DNA from: Candidatus Enterousia sp.
GTDB taxonomy: Bacteria; Pseudomonadota; Alphaproteobacteria; Rs-D84
Assembly: GCA_045613445.1 (NCBI GenBank)
Contig: JAZLAZ010000027.1
Location: 674 to 64,673, forward strand
DNA length: 64,000 nt
Direction of reading: 5' to 3'
This document shows positions 8,355-19,100 of the stretch, one piece after another; the stretch's first letter is position 1; every line of letters begins with the position of its first letter. The notes beneath the pieces were generated by a model. That model searched no databases. It worked only from the letters and a program-made list of their open reading frames with translations, and was not told the DNA's origin. The position numbers were made by a program, and so were the translations under genes.

Positions 8355-10808
8355 ATGAAGAAAATTCTAGTTTTTGCAACAAATTTATTACTCTGTATTG
8401 GTGTCGCTGATGCAGCTGTTCGTGATGCTACTGGTATGCCACGTGCAAAAACAGACCGCACACCAACACAATCACGCGTTGCCACAACAAACAAGCGCGC
8501 TACAACAAAAAAAACTGTTTTGTCGCCACGCACACCCGCAACAAACAAGCGAACAACTACTGCACGTACTGCGATACAAACGACAAAGTCTGTTATATCA
8601 CGTGCAGGTGACACAATCGCAATATCTGATACACGCACCGGTGCGGAATACGAAAAATGTAAAAACACATACTTTACCTGTATGGATCAGTTTTGCACAC
8701 TAAAGAACGATGATTATCGACGCTGTTCATGCAGTGATCGTGTGTTTAACATGATTGATCAGCGCAACACTTTGGAAGACGCAAACGAACAATTGACAGT
8801 ATTTACAGAAAGTCTTGATGCAGTTGGCATGACAGCATCTCAGGCAGCGGCGATGAAGCAAGCATCCGAAGGTGAAAATGCTCTGACCAGTGACAAATCC
8901 GCATCCAAGGCATTATTACAGGCAATCATGAACTCTATTCGTGGCAAAGACGCCAATGTTGGTGGAAAATATTCTGATCTCAACAGTATCAATATATCTT
9001 TTGATACCGCCAACGCATTTGGCATGGCAGATGCTGGTCAGGCAATCGCAGCATACAATGGTGTTGCGCTGTATAACGCTGTATATCCACAATGTCGTCA
9101 GGCCGTCAAAAAAGATTGTTCTGACGCGTCATTACAACGTGCAGTAACCGCATATTTAATGGCCGTCGAACAAGATTGCAATACAGTACAATCAGCAATT
9201 GAAACAACACAAAAACAATTAAAATCCGCTGTCCGCGAAGGCAGCGCAATGTTGGATTTGGCACGTGTTGAAAATCGTCAAAAACACAATTCTTCAAATT
9301 TAACAACATGTATCAATGAAATCGAATCTGCAATACTCAGCGAAGAAGTTTGCGGTGCTAACTATCATAAATGCTTGGACAACGGTGAATACATAGATGT
9401 ATCAACAGGTAAACCAATCACTGGCGTATCTGACTTTTACAAACTGGGCGAACTGTTAAAATTTGCAGACGGTATTGATTCTGCGAATCAAAAACTGTCC
9501 AAACTGTCCAACAATCGCACATTCATTCAAAACTTTGAAAATCGGGTTAAAAAATTCGCAGAACCAGCATTGAACAAATGTACAGAACAGGCTGACATTG
9601 CATGGGCCAATTATCTAGACAAGGCATTATTAGATATTTATTATGCCCAACAATCAAAAGTTAGTGAAATCAAGCAAGCTTGTTTTGATTTCGTTTCATC
9701 CTGCTATATAAACGCAAATAAATCAATAACCACCGCTATGAGTGTATTGACCAATGGCAACGAAATCGTAATCAATCCTGACAAAATTGCATTGACTGAT
9801 AAAATGTGCAAAGATTATATAGATTCATGTGACGGCATGTTCAAAGATCCAGATGATCCAAATCTTGGAATTATTGCACAATACATCGAATCTCAGAAAC
9901 AAACTGATATGTTGGCGTCTTGTCGCGCTGTCGCAAAACAATGTTTTGATAAATACGGTGGGACAAATTATGAAAACTTTTATTATCCATACAGCGGTCT
10001 GTTCCAACCAGGATATGCACCGGATTGGTTTGCATTACATGAATATAACGTAATAGAAAAACAAGATAGCAACGGTAAAAATACATATGAATACCAGCTG
10101 CCTTCTGCTACATCCTATGTGTCAACATGTGCTGCACAATTGGCAGACATTGCATCTTGCAGCAAAACTGAAATAATGGAAAAAACATTTGGTGGATTTA
10201 ACAAATATATTGTTACAGACGAAAACAATAACAACAAATATGTTGTATACGGTACACATGCAGAAAATTCTACATCGGCACCAAACAATCGTTTTTCACG
10301 TTCATCAGGTGTCGCCACCGAAGTTTATAATCAAGTATTATCCGTCTTGTCTACACAATGTATGAATATTCAAGGACGTTTTGTAGAATATCAAAATGCA
10401 ATTACAGACAAAATTTATGACAATGGAACATGCAAGTTTGGAAAGCTGCCAGACTATACAGTGGTATACAAAAACTTATATAACATCCAACAGAACGAAT
10501 ATATATGCCCACGCGACTATGATATGAATGTTGACACAGAATCTTGGGGTATTTGTTCATGTTGGGCAAATGGTGCGCGTCGCAGCCAAAATAATTATAC
10601 CACAAAATGCGTTGAAAAATACAAAAACGCTAACAATGAATGGACTGATAAGGGCGTTGCCATATCTTCCAAGAATCAGGTTTGTGTATATTATATTTCA
10701 AAAACAGAAAACGCCACCTTACAAATAAAATGCACTTCTGAACCCAATTTAGAAAATAGCAATTTCGATATCATACCTGATGTTGCATATTTACCCGAAG
10801 GCATTTAA
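8355..10808 (+). CDS. Large secreted cysteine-rich protein, 817 aa, paralog A: signal peptide, then a basic Thr/Arg-rich low-complexity region, then a helical Cys-containing body
   Basis: Signal peptide MKKILVFATNLLLCIGVADA. Conserved motif YxxCxxTYFTCMDQFC...YRRCSCS and many further Cys positions shared with 12422..14893. Confidence 0.8.
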   Translation: MKKILVFATNLLLCIGVADAAVRDATGMPRAKTDRTPTQSRVATTNKRATTKKTVLSPRTPATNKRTTTARTAIQTTKSVISRAGDTIAISDTRTGAEYEKCKNTYFTCMDQFCTLKNDDYRRCSCSDRVFNMIDQRNTLEDANEQLTVFTESLDAVGMTASQAAAMKQASEGENALTSDKSASKALLQAIMNSIRGKDANVGGKYSDLNSINISFDTANAFGMADAGQAIAAYNGVALYNAVYPQCRQAVKKDCSDASLQRAVTAYLMAVEQDCNTVQSAIETTQKQLKSAVREGSAMLDLARVENRQKHNSSNLTTCINEIESAILSEEVCGANYHKCLDNGEYIDVSTGKPITGVSDFYKLGELLKFADGIDSANQKLSKLSNNRTFIQNFENRVKKFAEPALNKCTEQADIAWANYLDKALLDIYYAQQSKVSEIKQACFDFVSSCYINANKSITTAMSVLTNGNEIVINPDKIALTDKMCKDYIDSCDGMFKDPDDPNLGIIAQYIESQKQTDMLASCRAVAKQCFDKYGGTNYENFYYPYSGLFQPGYAPDWFALHEYNVIEKQDSNGKNTYEYQLPSATSYVSTCAAQLADIASCSKTEIMEKTFGGFNKYIVTDENNNNKYVVYGTHAENSTSAPNNRFSRSSGVATEVYNQVLSVLSTQCMNIQGRFVEYQNAITDKIYDNGTCKFGKLPDYTVVYKNLYNIQQNEYICPRDYDMNVDTESWGICSCWANGARRSQNNYTTKCVEKYKNANNEWTDKGVAISSKNQVCVYYISKTENATLQIKCTSEPNLENSNFDIIPDVAYLPEGI

Positions 10809-10861
10809 TAATACACAAATATTTTTCGGGGCAGGGAACAACCAATAAAAGTTACAGTCAA

Positions 10862-10893
10862 ATAAAAAATCCCCATTTTGGGGATTTTTTATT
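10862..10893. terminator. Bidirectional terminator hairpin of the AAAAAATCCCC..GGGGATTTTTT family
   Basis: AAAAAATCCCCATTTTGGGGATTTTTT, sitting between a plus-strand gene end and a minus-strand gene end. Confidence 0.65.
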
Positions 10894-12418
10894 TTTCAGA
10901 TATACATTTTTTATATTCATCTGGATTAGCCTTGGTCCAACATTGTTCATCCAACGACAGAATCGATTCGCTAACACCGACCAATTCACGCTGATTCAAT
11001 GGTGTTGCATCAACACATTGACCATCACTGTATACTTTACCAATTTCACATGTGATACACATACCATTCGCCCCCAGTCCCAAACGCTTTGGATGAATTG
11101 TTGCATCCGCAGATATTGCACAACTTACACATGTGTAATCACCGCTAATTTTTGGATCAGACGCGTATCCCATACCATCTTTACATACAAAAATTGTACA
11201 TGTTGCATCTGCGCTTGCATACAACTGATTGTATCTATCAGAACAAGATTTTGAACATATTTGTAATTCGTCACCTGTCTTCTGACTGCACGCAGAATTA
11301 CATTTGTCTGCAATCAGTGCATCTGTACCAGCTTCTTTTGTACGCCAATTCTTATATTCAAACTTATTGGTGTTTAATTCGTGAATTTTATTGTCGTACT
11401 TTGATCTATCAAAACCCGGACACAACAAATCCAAACCAGACAACTCAATTATTTTTGCCTGTTCCAATGCCGATTCATAGGCAGCTTTTTCAGTGTGACT
11501 GACATCCTGTACATCCGCCGTCTTTTGGCTGTATCCGATGCATCCACCATCATCACTATGTAAAAACTTTTCATTTGGACAATAATCTTTGGATTCTTTA
11601 CCAGTCCATGAAATCATTGGCCAACCTGTGTCAGCATAATTCTTGGCACTTGCCGCGCGAACAACCATTGGTTGTAATGTATATGTTACGCGCGCAATAC
11701 CATCTGTTTCAATATTTTTAATTGCCAGAACAACATCATGCTCTTGTGATTTCGACATTTTACGCAAGTCAACCTGTATACCACCAGAACACGCTGTATA
11801 ATTTCCATGAAAAAACATTGGAATACTGTTTTTTTGACCTGCGCCCTTCTTCAATGTTGCAACAGTTGAAGAATCTAATGGGTTTGCGTTTAAACCCGCT
11901 GCAATCTTTGCACGATTTTGAATTATTATGAAATCACTTCCATCACTATCAGGTTCTATTGCAGATGGGGTTGATGATGCACACTTATTACCATAATAAC
12001 CTTTTTCGCACAACCAAAAACAATTTTCGCCATTATCTTTATTGGCATCCGCCTTGGCAACATAGTTTGTAAATGGTGACTTTGTTATTCCGTTCCGATC
12101 TGCACCAACCGCAGTCTTACAGAATCTGTATCCATGATCATTCATTTCATGTGCAATCCAATACCATGCACCATATCCCAAATCCCCCTTACCAGACTCA
12201 GTAAAACTTGCCGCTAAATATTTACGCCATTTAAGATTTGTTTTAATATTTTCACTGCTGCCATCAAAACCAGCATCCGCACCACTACCTTTACATGTTG
12301 GATAACTGGCAGACACTTCCCATTTTGTACGATATGCAGCACCATCTTCTTTTGCAGCAAGGGCATCAGAAACAAATGAAATTGAAACCAACAAAGCAAC
12401 GAATGATATCTTATTCAT
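10889..12418 (-). CDS. Secreted cysteine-rich hypothetical protein, 509 aa
   Basis: Signal peptide MNKISFVALLVSISFVSDALA and about 30 Cys residues. Its start lies 4 nt downstream of the stop of the 823-aa paralog, so co-transcription is likely. Confidence 0.75.
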   Translation of the reverse strand: MNKISFVALLVSISFVSDALAAKEDGAAYRTKWEVSASYPTCKGSGADAGFDGSSENIKTNLKWRKYLAASFTESGKGDLGYGAWYWIAHEMNDHGYRFCKTAVGADRNGITKSPFTNYVAKADANKDNGENCFWLCEKGYYGNKCASSTPSAIEPDSDGSDFIIIQNRAKIAAGLNANPLDSSTVATLKKGAGQKNSIPMFFHGNYTACSGGIQVDLRKMSKSQEHDVVLAIKNIETDGIARVTYTLQPMVVRAASAKNYADTGWPMISWTGKESKDYCPNEKFLHSDDGGCIGYSQKTADVQDVSHTEKAAYESALEQAKIIELSGLDLLCPGFDRSKYDNKIHELNTNKFEYKNWRTKEAGTDALIADKCNSACSQKTGDELQICSKSCSDRYNQLYASADATCTIFVCKDGMGYASDPKISGDYTCVSCAISADATIHPKRLGLGANGMCITCEIGKVYSDGQCVDATPLNQRELVGVSESILSLDEQCWTKANPDEYKKCISEK

Positions 12419-12421
12419 TTC

Positions 12422-14893
12422 TTATTCCCCCTGAACATAATAACAAGTGTTATTTTCATAATACCCGCCAATCCATGCACATCTTTCTTGATGCCATTTT
12501 TCTGTAAATATACACTGATCTTTTTCCGCATCATACACTGCATATTCTTCGCCACCTTGGGCTTCACATTGAATTTGAACAGAATTTTGATAACAAGTAC
12601 CATACGATCCAGCAATTTTATCTGCACTTGCCCCAATTGCATCATAGAATTTCAATTCGGTTGCACCATTTAATGTTCTTGCACCATCAGAACCCGCTGA
12701 TCCCATATTACATACCTTCTTGGTCCAATCGCTGCCAGTCCCTGTTGCACCGGTATCTTCTTCACAAGTTGCATCGACCCATAAACCACCAAACTTATCA
12801 CATTCATCCGCCAACATTGTTCCCACTTCGGCATAAATTGTATCGACCAGTCTTGTAACAGTTGTATTCGGATCGATTAAAGTATCATTTAATGTACCAT
12901 CCGTGTTATTGACAGCACAATATACAGTCGCCCGTGAGTCAAAACTAGCGGCTAAATCCGCGGGTTTCATTGAACGACAGCCCCATGGATATTGATGTGA
13001 AGAATCTGACGATGCAGGCGCACATGTTTCACGAGCATACTTTGCCATCGCATCTGCGCAACCTTCTGCTATCTTGGTACTGTCAACTGTTGCAACATAC
13101 GCCAACAATTCCGATAATCCGCACTGTGTTGCATTTAAGACACGACCTTGATTATCAAAGTTACAATTTGCACCATTTCCATACAATGCAGCACAAGCTG
13201 CAACCTTGTCAGAACACATTGCACGCGCAGCATTGGCCGCAATTGCACCTGCAGACTGTGCAGATGTTGTATCAAAATCTTTTAATGCACCAGATTGTTT
13301 GTCATAACAATCACCCATTGTTGCAACGCAAGTCGATTTGACTTCTTCGATTTTTTCATCTTGAGCCTGGGCAATTTCGATAATTGCAGTACGTTTGAAT
13401 TCTGTCCAAACTGTATCAGCAATATCACGACAAGAATCCAATGCTGTTGTTGCAAACATCTTTTTCGAATCTAAGAATTTATTGAATTCTGTATTATTAG
13501 TCAATACATCACCAAATGAATCAGAACCTGAAGAATACAGATTTATCATTTCTGTCAATTTGAACAACAATGGGGAATAAATTGCTTCACCTGTTGTCTG
13601 ATTGATATATTGCCCAGAATAGTCCAAACAACGGTTATAATCCGAACCACATGCAGTATCTTGCAACATTGCACTGCGAACCTTGGAAATACATTCGTTC
13701 ACATCTGCCGAATTATGTGCACGATATTCTTCCAATCGAGCATCGCGCAACATTTTTTCCGCTTCGCGTACAGTGTTCATAATTGCTTGACGCTGAGTAT
13801 CCAACTTCTTTTCATACAAATTACAATCTTGAGTAATCATCAAACTGTATGAACTGGTTGCCATATTCAATATTGCATTTGAAGAACAAGAATCAGCAAT
13901 AATTTCTAAGCATTGTTTGTTTGATTCATTGTACAATTGCTGTCCCGACATTTCTGTCATATTTGGACCACCACGGCTGGAACCGCCACCAAATATGGAA
14001 TCAACAGAACCACCACCCCATAAATCATCCATGTCGATCGAAAAGCCATTTGTTAAACTGCTAAAATCCAAGGTATTTAATTTCTTTTCTTCTGTTTTTT
14101 TCTTTTTACCAGACAACAAATCACCAATCTCATTCAAAACAGATTGCGCGCCACTTACATCTTTTTTAATTGCAGCTTCGCCAACAGTTGCTGTATACAT
14201 TGCCTTTACTTCTGCAGCAGTTTTATCAACGGCATTCAAATTATTATCTTCAAAGCGCTGTAATAATGTTTTTACTTCTTCAAACATAGCTTCGGTTTCT
14301 TGAAACTGAGTAAACTTTTCACTGCAATAACAGCGGCGAAAAGTATCGTTTGCGTTTGCACAAAACTGATCCATACATGTCGCATAAGAATCACGACACT
14401 GTGCATATCCACCACCAATCTTAGAAATATCGTTAAATACAGCTGTTGCACGCGCCATATTTGCTACACGTGCCATCCCCATATTTGAAACAGATTTAGA
14501 AGCACTGCGCGCATTGTTTTTCATCCCAACAACTGCGCTACGCACCGGATTCGCCTTGGTTGCACTGCGAACAGTTGTCGTTGCCGAACGATTCGACACA
14601 GTTGCATGACGCGTAACATCGCGCCCCGTTCTGGCCACAGTTGATTTATTTGTCGCACCACGCGCTGTAACACTACCAGAATTACGGGCTTTGACAGCAC
14701 CACGGCTGACCACAGGTGCCGACGAACCATCACCACGCGTCATAACCCTGGACGATGAATTTCGCACTGCATTCACATCAGCAGAAACTGCACTGCGCGG
14801 ATTTGGCGCCTGATCTGCAACCCCAGATGTCGCACACAAACACATTGTCAAAACCGCAGGAAACCGATAAAAATGTTTAAACATGGCCTTCAC
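12422..14893 (-). CDS. Large secreted cysteine-rich protein, 823 aa, paralog B of 8355..10808
   Basis: Signal peptide, then a basic Ser/Arg/Thr-rich low-complexity region, then YAQCRDSYATCMDQFC..FRRCYCS. Collinear similarity to paralog A across most of the length (e.g. DCNxx..L..AR.E..R..HNS..N.CI..V.SA.L....CG..Y..CLD). Confidence 0.8.
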   Translation of the reverse strand: MKAMFKHFYRFPAVLTMCLCATSGVADQAPNPRSAVSADVNAVRNSSSRVMTRGDGSSAPVVSRGAVKARNSGSVTARGATNKSTVARTGRDVTRHATVSNRSATTTVRSATKANPVRSAVVGMKNNARSASKSVSNMGMARVANMARATAVFNDISKIGGGYAQCRDSYATCMDQFCANANDTFRRCYCSEKFTQFQETEAMFEEVKTLLQRFEDNNLNAVDKTAAEVKAMYTATVGEAAIKKDVSGAQSVLNEIGDLLSGKKKKTEEKKLNTLDFSSLTNGFSIDMDDLWGGGSVDSIFGGGSSRGGPNMTEMSGQQLYNESNKQCLEIIADSCSSNAILNMATSSYSLMITQDCNLYEKKLDTQRQAIMNTVREAEKMLRDARLEEYRAHNSADVNECISKVRSAMLQDTACGSDYNRCLDYSGQYINQTTGEAIYSPLLFKLTEMINLYSSGSDSFGDVLTNNTEFNKFLDSKKMFATTALDSCRDIADTVWTEFKRTAIIEIAQAQDEKIEEVKSTCVATMGDCYDKQSGALKDFDTTSAQSAGAIAANAARAMCSDKVAACAALYGNGANCNFDNQGRVLNATQCGLSELLAYVATVDSTKIAEGCADAMAKYARETCAPASSDSSHQYPWGCRSMKPADLAASFDSRATVYCAVNNTDGTLNDTLIDPNTTVTRLVDTIYAEVGTMLADECDKFGGLWVDATCEEDTGATGTGSDWTKKVCNMGSAGSDGARTLNGATELKFYDAIGASADKIAGSYGTCYQNSVQIQCEAQGGEEYAVYDAEKDQCIFTEKWHQERCAWIGGYYENNTCYYVQGE

Positions 14894-14955
14894 TTTCTTT
14901 CTCTCTTTTATTGTATTTTATCATTTTTTGTACATTTGAATCAACAGCAAATTTT

Positions 14956-15348
14956 TTACTTTATATCCCCAGCATCAATCAATTCCATATTGATTCCCCA
15001 AAATAACGAATATTTTTCATACGCGCTGTCATATAACTTATAAGCTTCAGCATTGTTCCCACATGTCAACTGTTTATCACCATCGACCATCAGCCGCATC
15101 GATTCTAACAACAGTTGTTCAGATAACAATCTGTTTTTATCTGATTTTTTTACAATTTTATCCATCAGCTTTGATTGTATATTGTGCACTATTTTTGATA
15201 AATCAGAATCATTATTCAAATAGTCTTTGATAAACAACAAATTCATCATACCGATTGTCAAATCCTGATCCGAAGACAAATCAAGCGCATTGACTTTTTT
15301 TGCAGAATCCGCACATTCGACCATATGTTTCAAATCAATGTTTTTCAT
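14956..15348 (-). CDS. Hypothetical protein, 130 aa, sitting where ftsL would be expected after rsmH but with no transmembrane segment
   Basis: ORF overlapping the rsmH stop by 14 nt. No recognisable motifs and no hydrophobic helix. Confidence 0.5.
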   Translation of the reverse strand: MKNIDLKHMVECADSAKKVNALDLSSDQDLTIGMMNLLFIKDYLNNDSDLSKIVHNIQSKLMDKIVKKSDKNRLLSEQLLLESMRLMVDGDKQLTCGNNAEAYKLYDSAYEKYSLFWGINMELIDAGDIK

Positions 15349-16195
15349 TATAATTCCTTTTTATTACACCACGCATATGCGCTGATCTGGCACGCGAATT
15401 ATTTGCCAGTTCTATATCAGACGGTGTTTGCGCCCGTATCATATCAAATGGGGCAGGTTGCAACATAGGTAATCGCGGATTACCTAATGGTGTTGTCCAT
15501 TCACGAAAGGTATTCTTTACAATCCTATCTTCTAATGAATGGAAAGTCACACAAATACACTTTCCACCCGAATTTAATAATTCAGGCACCGCCAACAAAG
15601 CCCGTTCTAATTCACCCATTTCATCATTCACGGCGATACGCAACGCTTGAAAAACCGGTGCAACATCATTTGGATTATAAATCAAATCACGCAATTCAAA
15701 TGTTGTCTGTGGCTTTGCCTCTTTTATCGCATTGGCCAATATATTTGCTTTTTTTACATCACCATATTTACGCAAAATATCTGCCAATTCCGCCACTGAC
15801 ATCTGTTCTATCAACTGTGCTGCAGTGGTACCAACATTAGACATACGCATATCCAATGGCGCATCAAAACGGAACGAAAAACCACGCGTTGGCACATCTA
15901 TCTGCATCGAAGATATTCCTAAATCAAACACAATTGCATCAACAGACGACTTTAATTCAGATATGCAAGAAAAAGTCTTTGGCACAAAGCGAAAACGACT
16001 TCCAAACTCGCGCTGCATTTCATTTGCATCTGCGACAACATTTGAATCTCTGTCAAAAGCAATAACATTTGCGCCAGCATTCAAAAAAGCCCGTGAATAA
16101 CCACCAGCGCCAAAAGTACAATCAATAACTGTTTTGCCAGATATATCACCCAAAGCATTTAATACACAATCCAGCAGTACAGGTACATGTTTCAT
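15335..16195 (-). CDS. rsmH: 16S rRNA (cytosine1402-N4)-methyltransferase RsmH (MraW)
   Basis: 286-aa ORF with the RsmH motifs DCTFGAGGYS, FDLGISSMQID and VTFHSLEDRIVK. Confidence 0.9.
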   Translation of the reverse strand: MKHVPVLLDCVLNALGDISGKTVIDCTFGAGGYSRAFLNAGANVIAFDRDSNVVADANEMQREFGSRFRFVPKTFSCISELKSSVDAIVFDLGISSMQIDVPTRGFSFRFDAPLDMRMSNVGTTAAQLIEQMSVAELADILRKYGDVKKANILANAIKEAKPQTTFELRDLIYNPNDVAPVFQALRIAVNDEMGELERALLAVPELLNSGGKCICVTFHSLEDRIVKNTFREWTTPLGNPRLPMLQPAPFDMIRAQTPSDIELANNSRARSAHMRGVIKRNYNEKH

Positions 16196-19100
16196 TATTC
16201 CACCTCTATCCGCAGTCCCAACGCAGCCAAATCTGCGATTGTCGTATTTCCTAGTTCAACCCCCCCAGGCAATGCCAAAGTTGCCACTTTATCAGCGCCA
16301 TGCAAATTCAATACAACCTGCGTATAACCGCGTGGCAGGGCAATAATAGCCTTTTTAACATCTTGCAACACAGCCTTATCCCGAATATCCATTGTGATTC
16401 TTTTAGCGATTTTTGCTACCCACTGCGTCAATGGGATAATAGAATCAACAAATACAGATACGCGATCATCACGATTTGATGTTTTTCCTGATATCAAAAC
16501 AACCGTTTCGCTGGACAAAATCTGAGAAAATTCAATCGCAGAATCCCCAAATGCAACTGCATCGATATTCCCTAAACTGTCGGATGCATTTATTGTTATC
16601 ATTTCTTTACCTGTCTTGGTACGACGACGGCCAAAAGAATTCACATTCACTGCAATTTGAACAGATTTTCTGTCCCCCAATGTTGCCAATGTTGCACTGG
16701 TTGCCAAACCAGCTGATTTTATCAAATGCTTATATTGATCCAACGGATGCGCAGAAATATAAAACCCAAGTGCAGATAATTCGTGTTCCAACCGTTGTCC
16801 AAATGTCCAAGGCGTTGTTTTTGGCATGTTTTTATGCAATCTATCTTCAACAACATCATCTTCTACAGTATTTGCAAACAATGACAGCATATTTGCACCA
16901 TCACGCGATTTTGCAGCATACGATAAAATTGCATCTGCATTCATATAAATCGCGGCACGATTTGATTCCAAAGAATCCAACACACCTGTTTTTGCAAAAG
17001 CTTCCAATATTCGTTTGTTCATAATCGGTGCACAACGCTTGGCAAAATCGGTCAAATTCTTAAATTTGCCATTTGCTTTTCTTTCTGCAACAATTGCATC
17101 AGTTGCAACTGTTCCAACCCCTTTTAACGCTGCCAAACCATAAACAATCTTTCCGTCACGCACAGTAAACAACGATTCGCTTTCGTTTATATCTGGTGCA
17201 ACAATCTGGATTCCAAAATTAGACTTAGCATCATCAACAAACAACGCTAACTGATCTGTATCATTCAAGTTACTGGACATTGAAGCCGCTAAAAATTCTG
17301 GGGTATAGTTTGCTTTTAAATACGCACATTGATTTGCAACGATTGAATACGCGATAGCATGCGATTTATTAAACGCATATTTTGCGAATTCCTTAAATTT
17401 TTCCCATAAATCTTTTGCCGTTGCACGATCCAGTGTTTGTTCTTTTTCGCACCCCTCATAAAACTTACCTTCCAGTTCGTTCAACATTTCAATCAGTTTT
17501 TTACCCATTGCCTTACGCACATTATCTGATTGGCCACGGGTAAATCCTGCCAATGCGCGTGTCAACTGCATAACCTGTTCTTGGTAAACGATAATGCCGT
17601 ATGTTTCTTTTAAGATTGGTTCTGCCTTTGGATGAACATATTCGATCTGTTCTTCACCATGCATACGAGCGATAAACTGAGGAATAAATGCGATTGGCCC
17701 CGGACGGTTCAATGCATTCAGTGCAGAAATTTCCAAAAAACTTGTTGGATGCATCTTGCGCAGGGTCTGTTTAACAAACGGCGCATCGAACTGGAATATA
17801 CCTTCGGTCAGTCCTGCTTGCCATAACTTCATTGTTTTTGGATCATCTGTTGGGATTTGATCTAAATCGATATTGATCCCACGCGTTTGCTGAATCAAAC
17901 GCGTTGCATACTTTAACACCACCAGCGTTTCCAATCCCAAAAAGTCAAATTTTATCAGCCCAGATTTTTCCAAATATTTTCCATCAAATTGACATGATGG
18001 CAATGGGTTCGCAGGATCACGATACACTGGTGCAATCTTGGTTGTTGGTCTGTCGCCAATAACCACACCACACGCATGCTGTCCCAAATTACGCAACGAG
18101 CCTTCCAGTTCTTCGGCAATGGTTACAACTTTATTCAAATCTTGATCATTATTCAAAATTTCCTGTATTTCACCAGACATATCCACCGCATCTTTCAATG
18201 TTTTGGCATCCTGTGGAATCAGTTTAGATAATCTGTCTGACTTAGAATAGGGCATACCATACACGCGTCCAATATCACGAATTGCGCCACGCGCCTGCAA
18301 ACTGCCAAAAGTTATAATACGGCAAACAGAATCATGTCCATATTTATCACAAACATACGCCAAAACGCGTTCGATACCTGTTGGTTCAAAATCCACATCA
18401 AAGTCCGGCATCGATATACGATCAGGATTCAAGAATCTTTCGAACAGTAATCCATATTTTAACGGATCAACATTTGTAATCCCCAGCGCCCACGCAACAA
18501 TAGACCCAGCACCAGAACCACGCCCAGGCCCAGTCAAAACATCGTTATTCCGACACCAATCGATATAATCCGCAACAATCAAGAAATACCCTGGGAATCC
18601 CATACCAATAATAACACCCAGTTCAAATTCAGCCTGTTCATAATACGGTGCCGTATCAGTAATATTATGCTGTTCCAATCTGCGCTTTAAACCCGCCATC
18701 GTATTATCGCGCAGCATTTGACATTCTGTTTCTAAATCATCCCCAAATCGTGGCAACAGCGGTTTTTCATGAACATTTACCATAAAACCACAGCGTTTTG
18801 CGATACGAACAGTGTTTTCAACTGCTTCGGGCAAATCAGAAAATATTTTTGACATCTGTTCATATGATTTAAAATACTGTTCTGATGATTTACGTGGTCG
18901 TTCTGGATCAATCACCTTGGTCTGGCCCAGTACACATCCCAACGCGTCAGCAGATTCATAGTCATTATCTGCCGCAAAACAAACATCATTTGTCGCAACA
19001 ATTGGGATATTTAATTCTTGAGCAATTTTCAAAAATCCTGGTTCTGTTTTAATTTCTGCATCCAATCCATGTCGCTGAATTTCAATATAAAATCTGTTAC

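Noticed and set aside
8327-8668. 113-aa minus-strand ORF
   Set aside because: Antisense to the N-terminus of the well-supported 817-aa secreted protein gene. No RBS. Arg/Val-rich junk translation.
16476-17024. 182-aa plus-strand ORF
   Set aside because: Antisense within dnaE. Low-complexity His/Leu-rich translation typical of AT-rich antisense frames.
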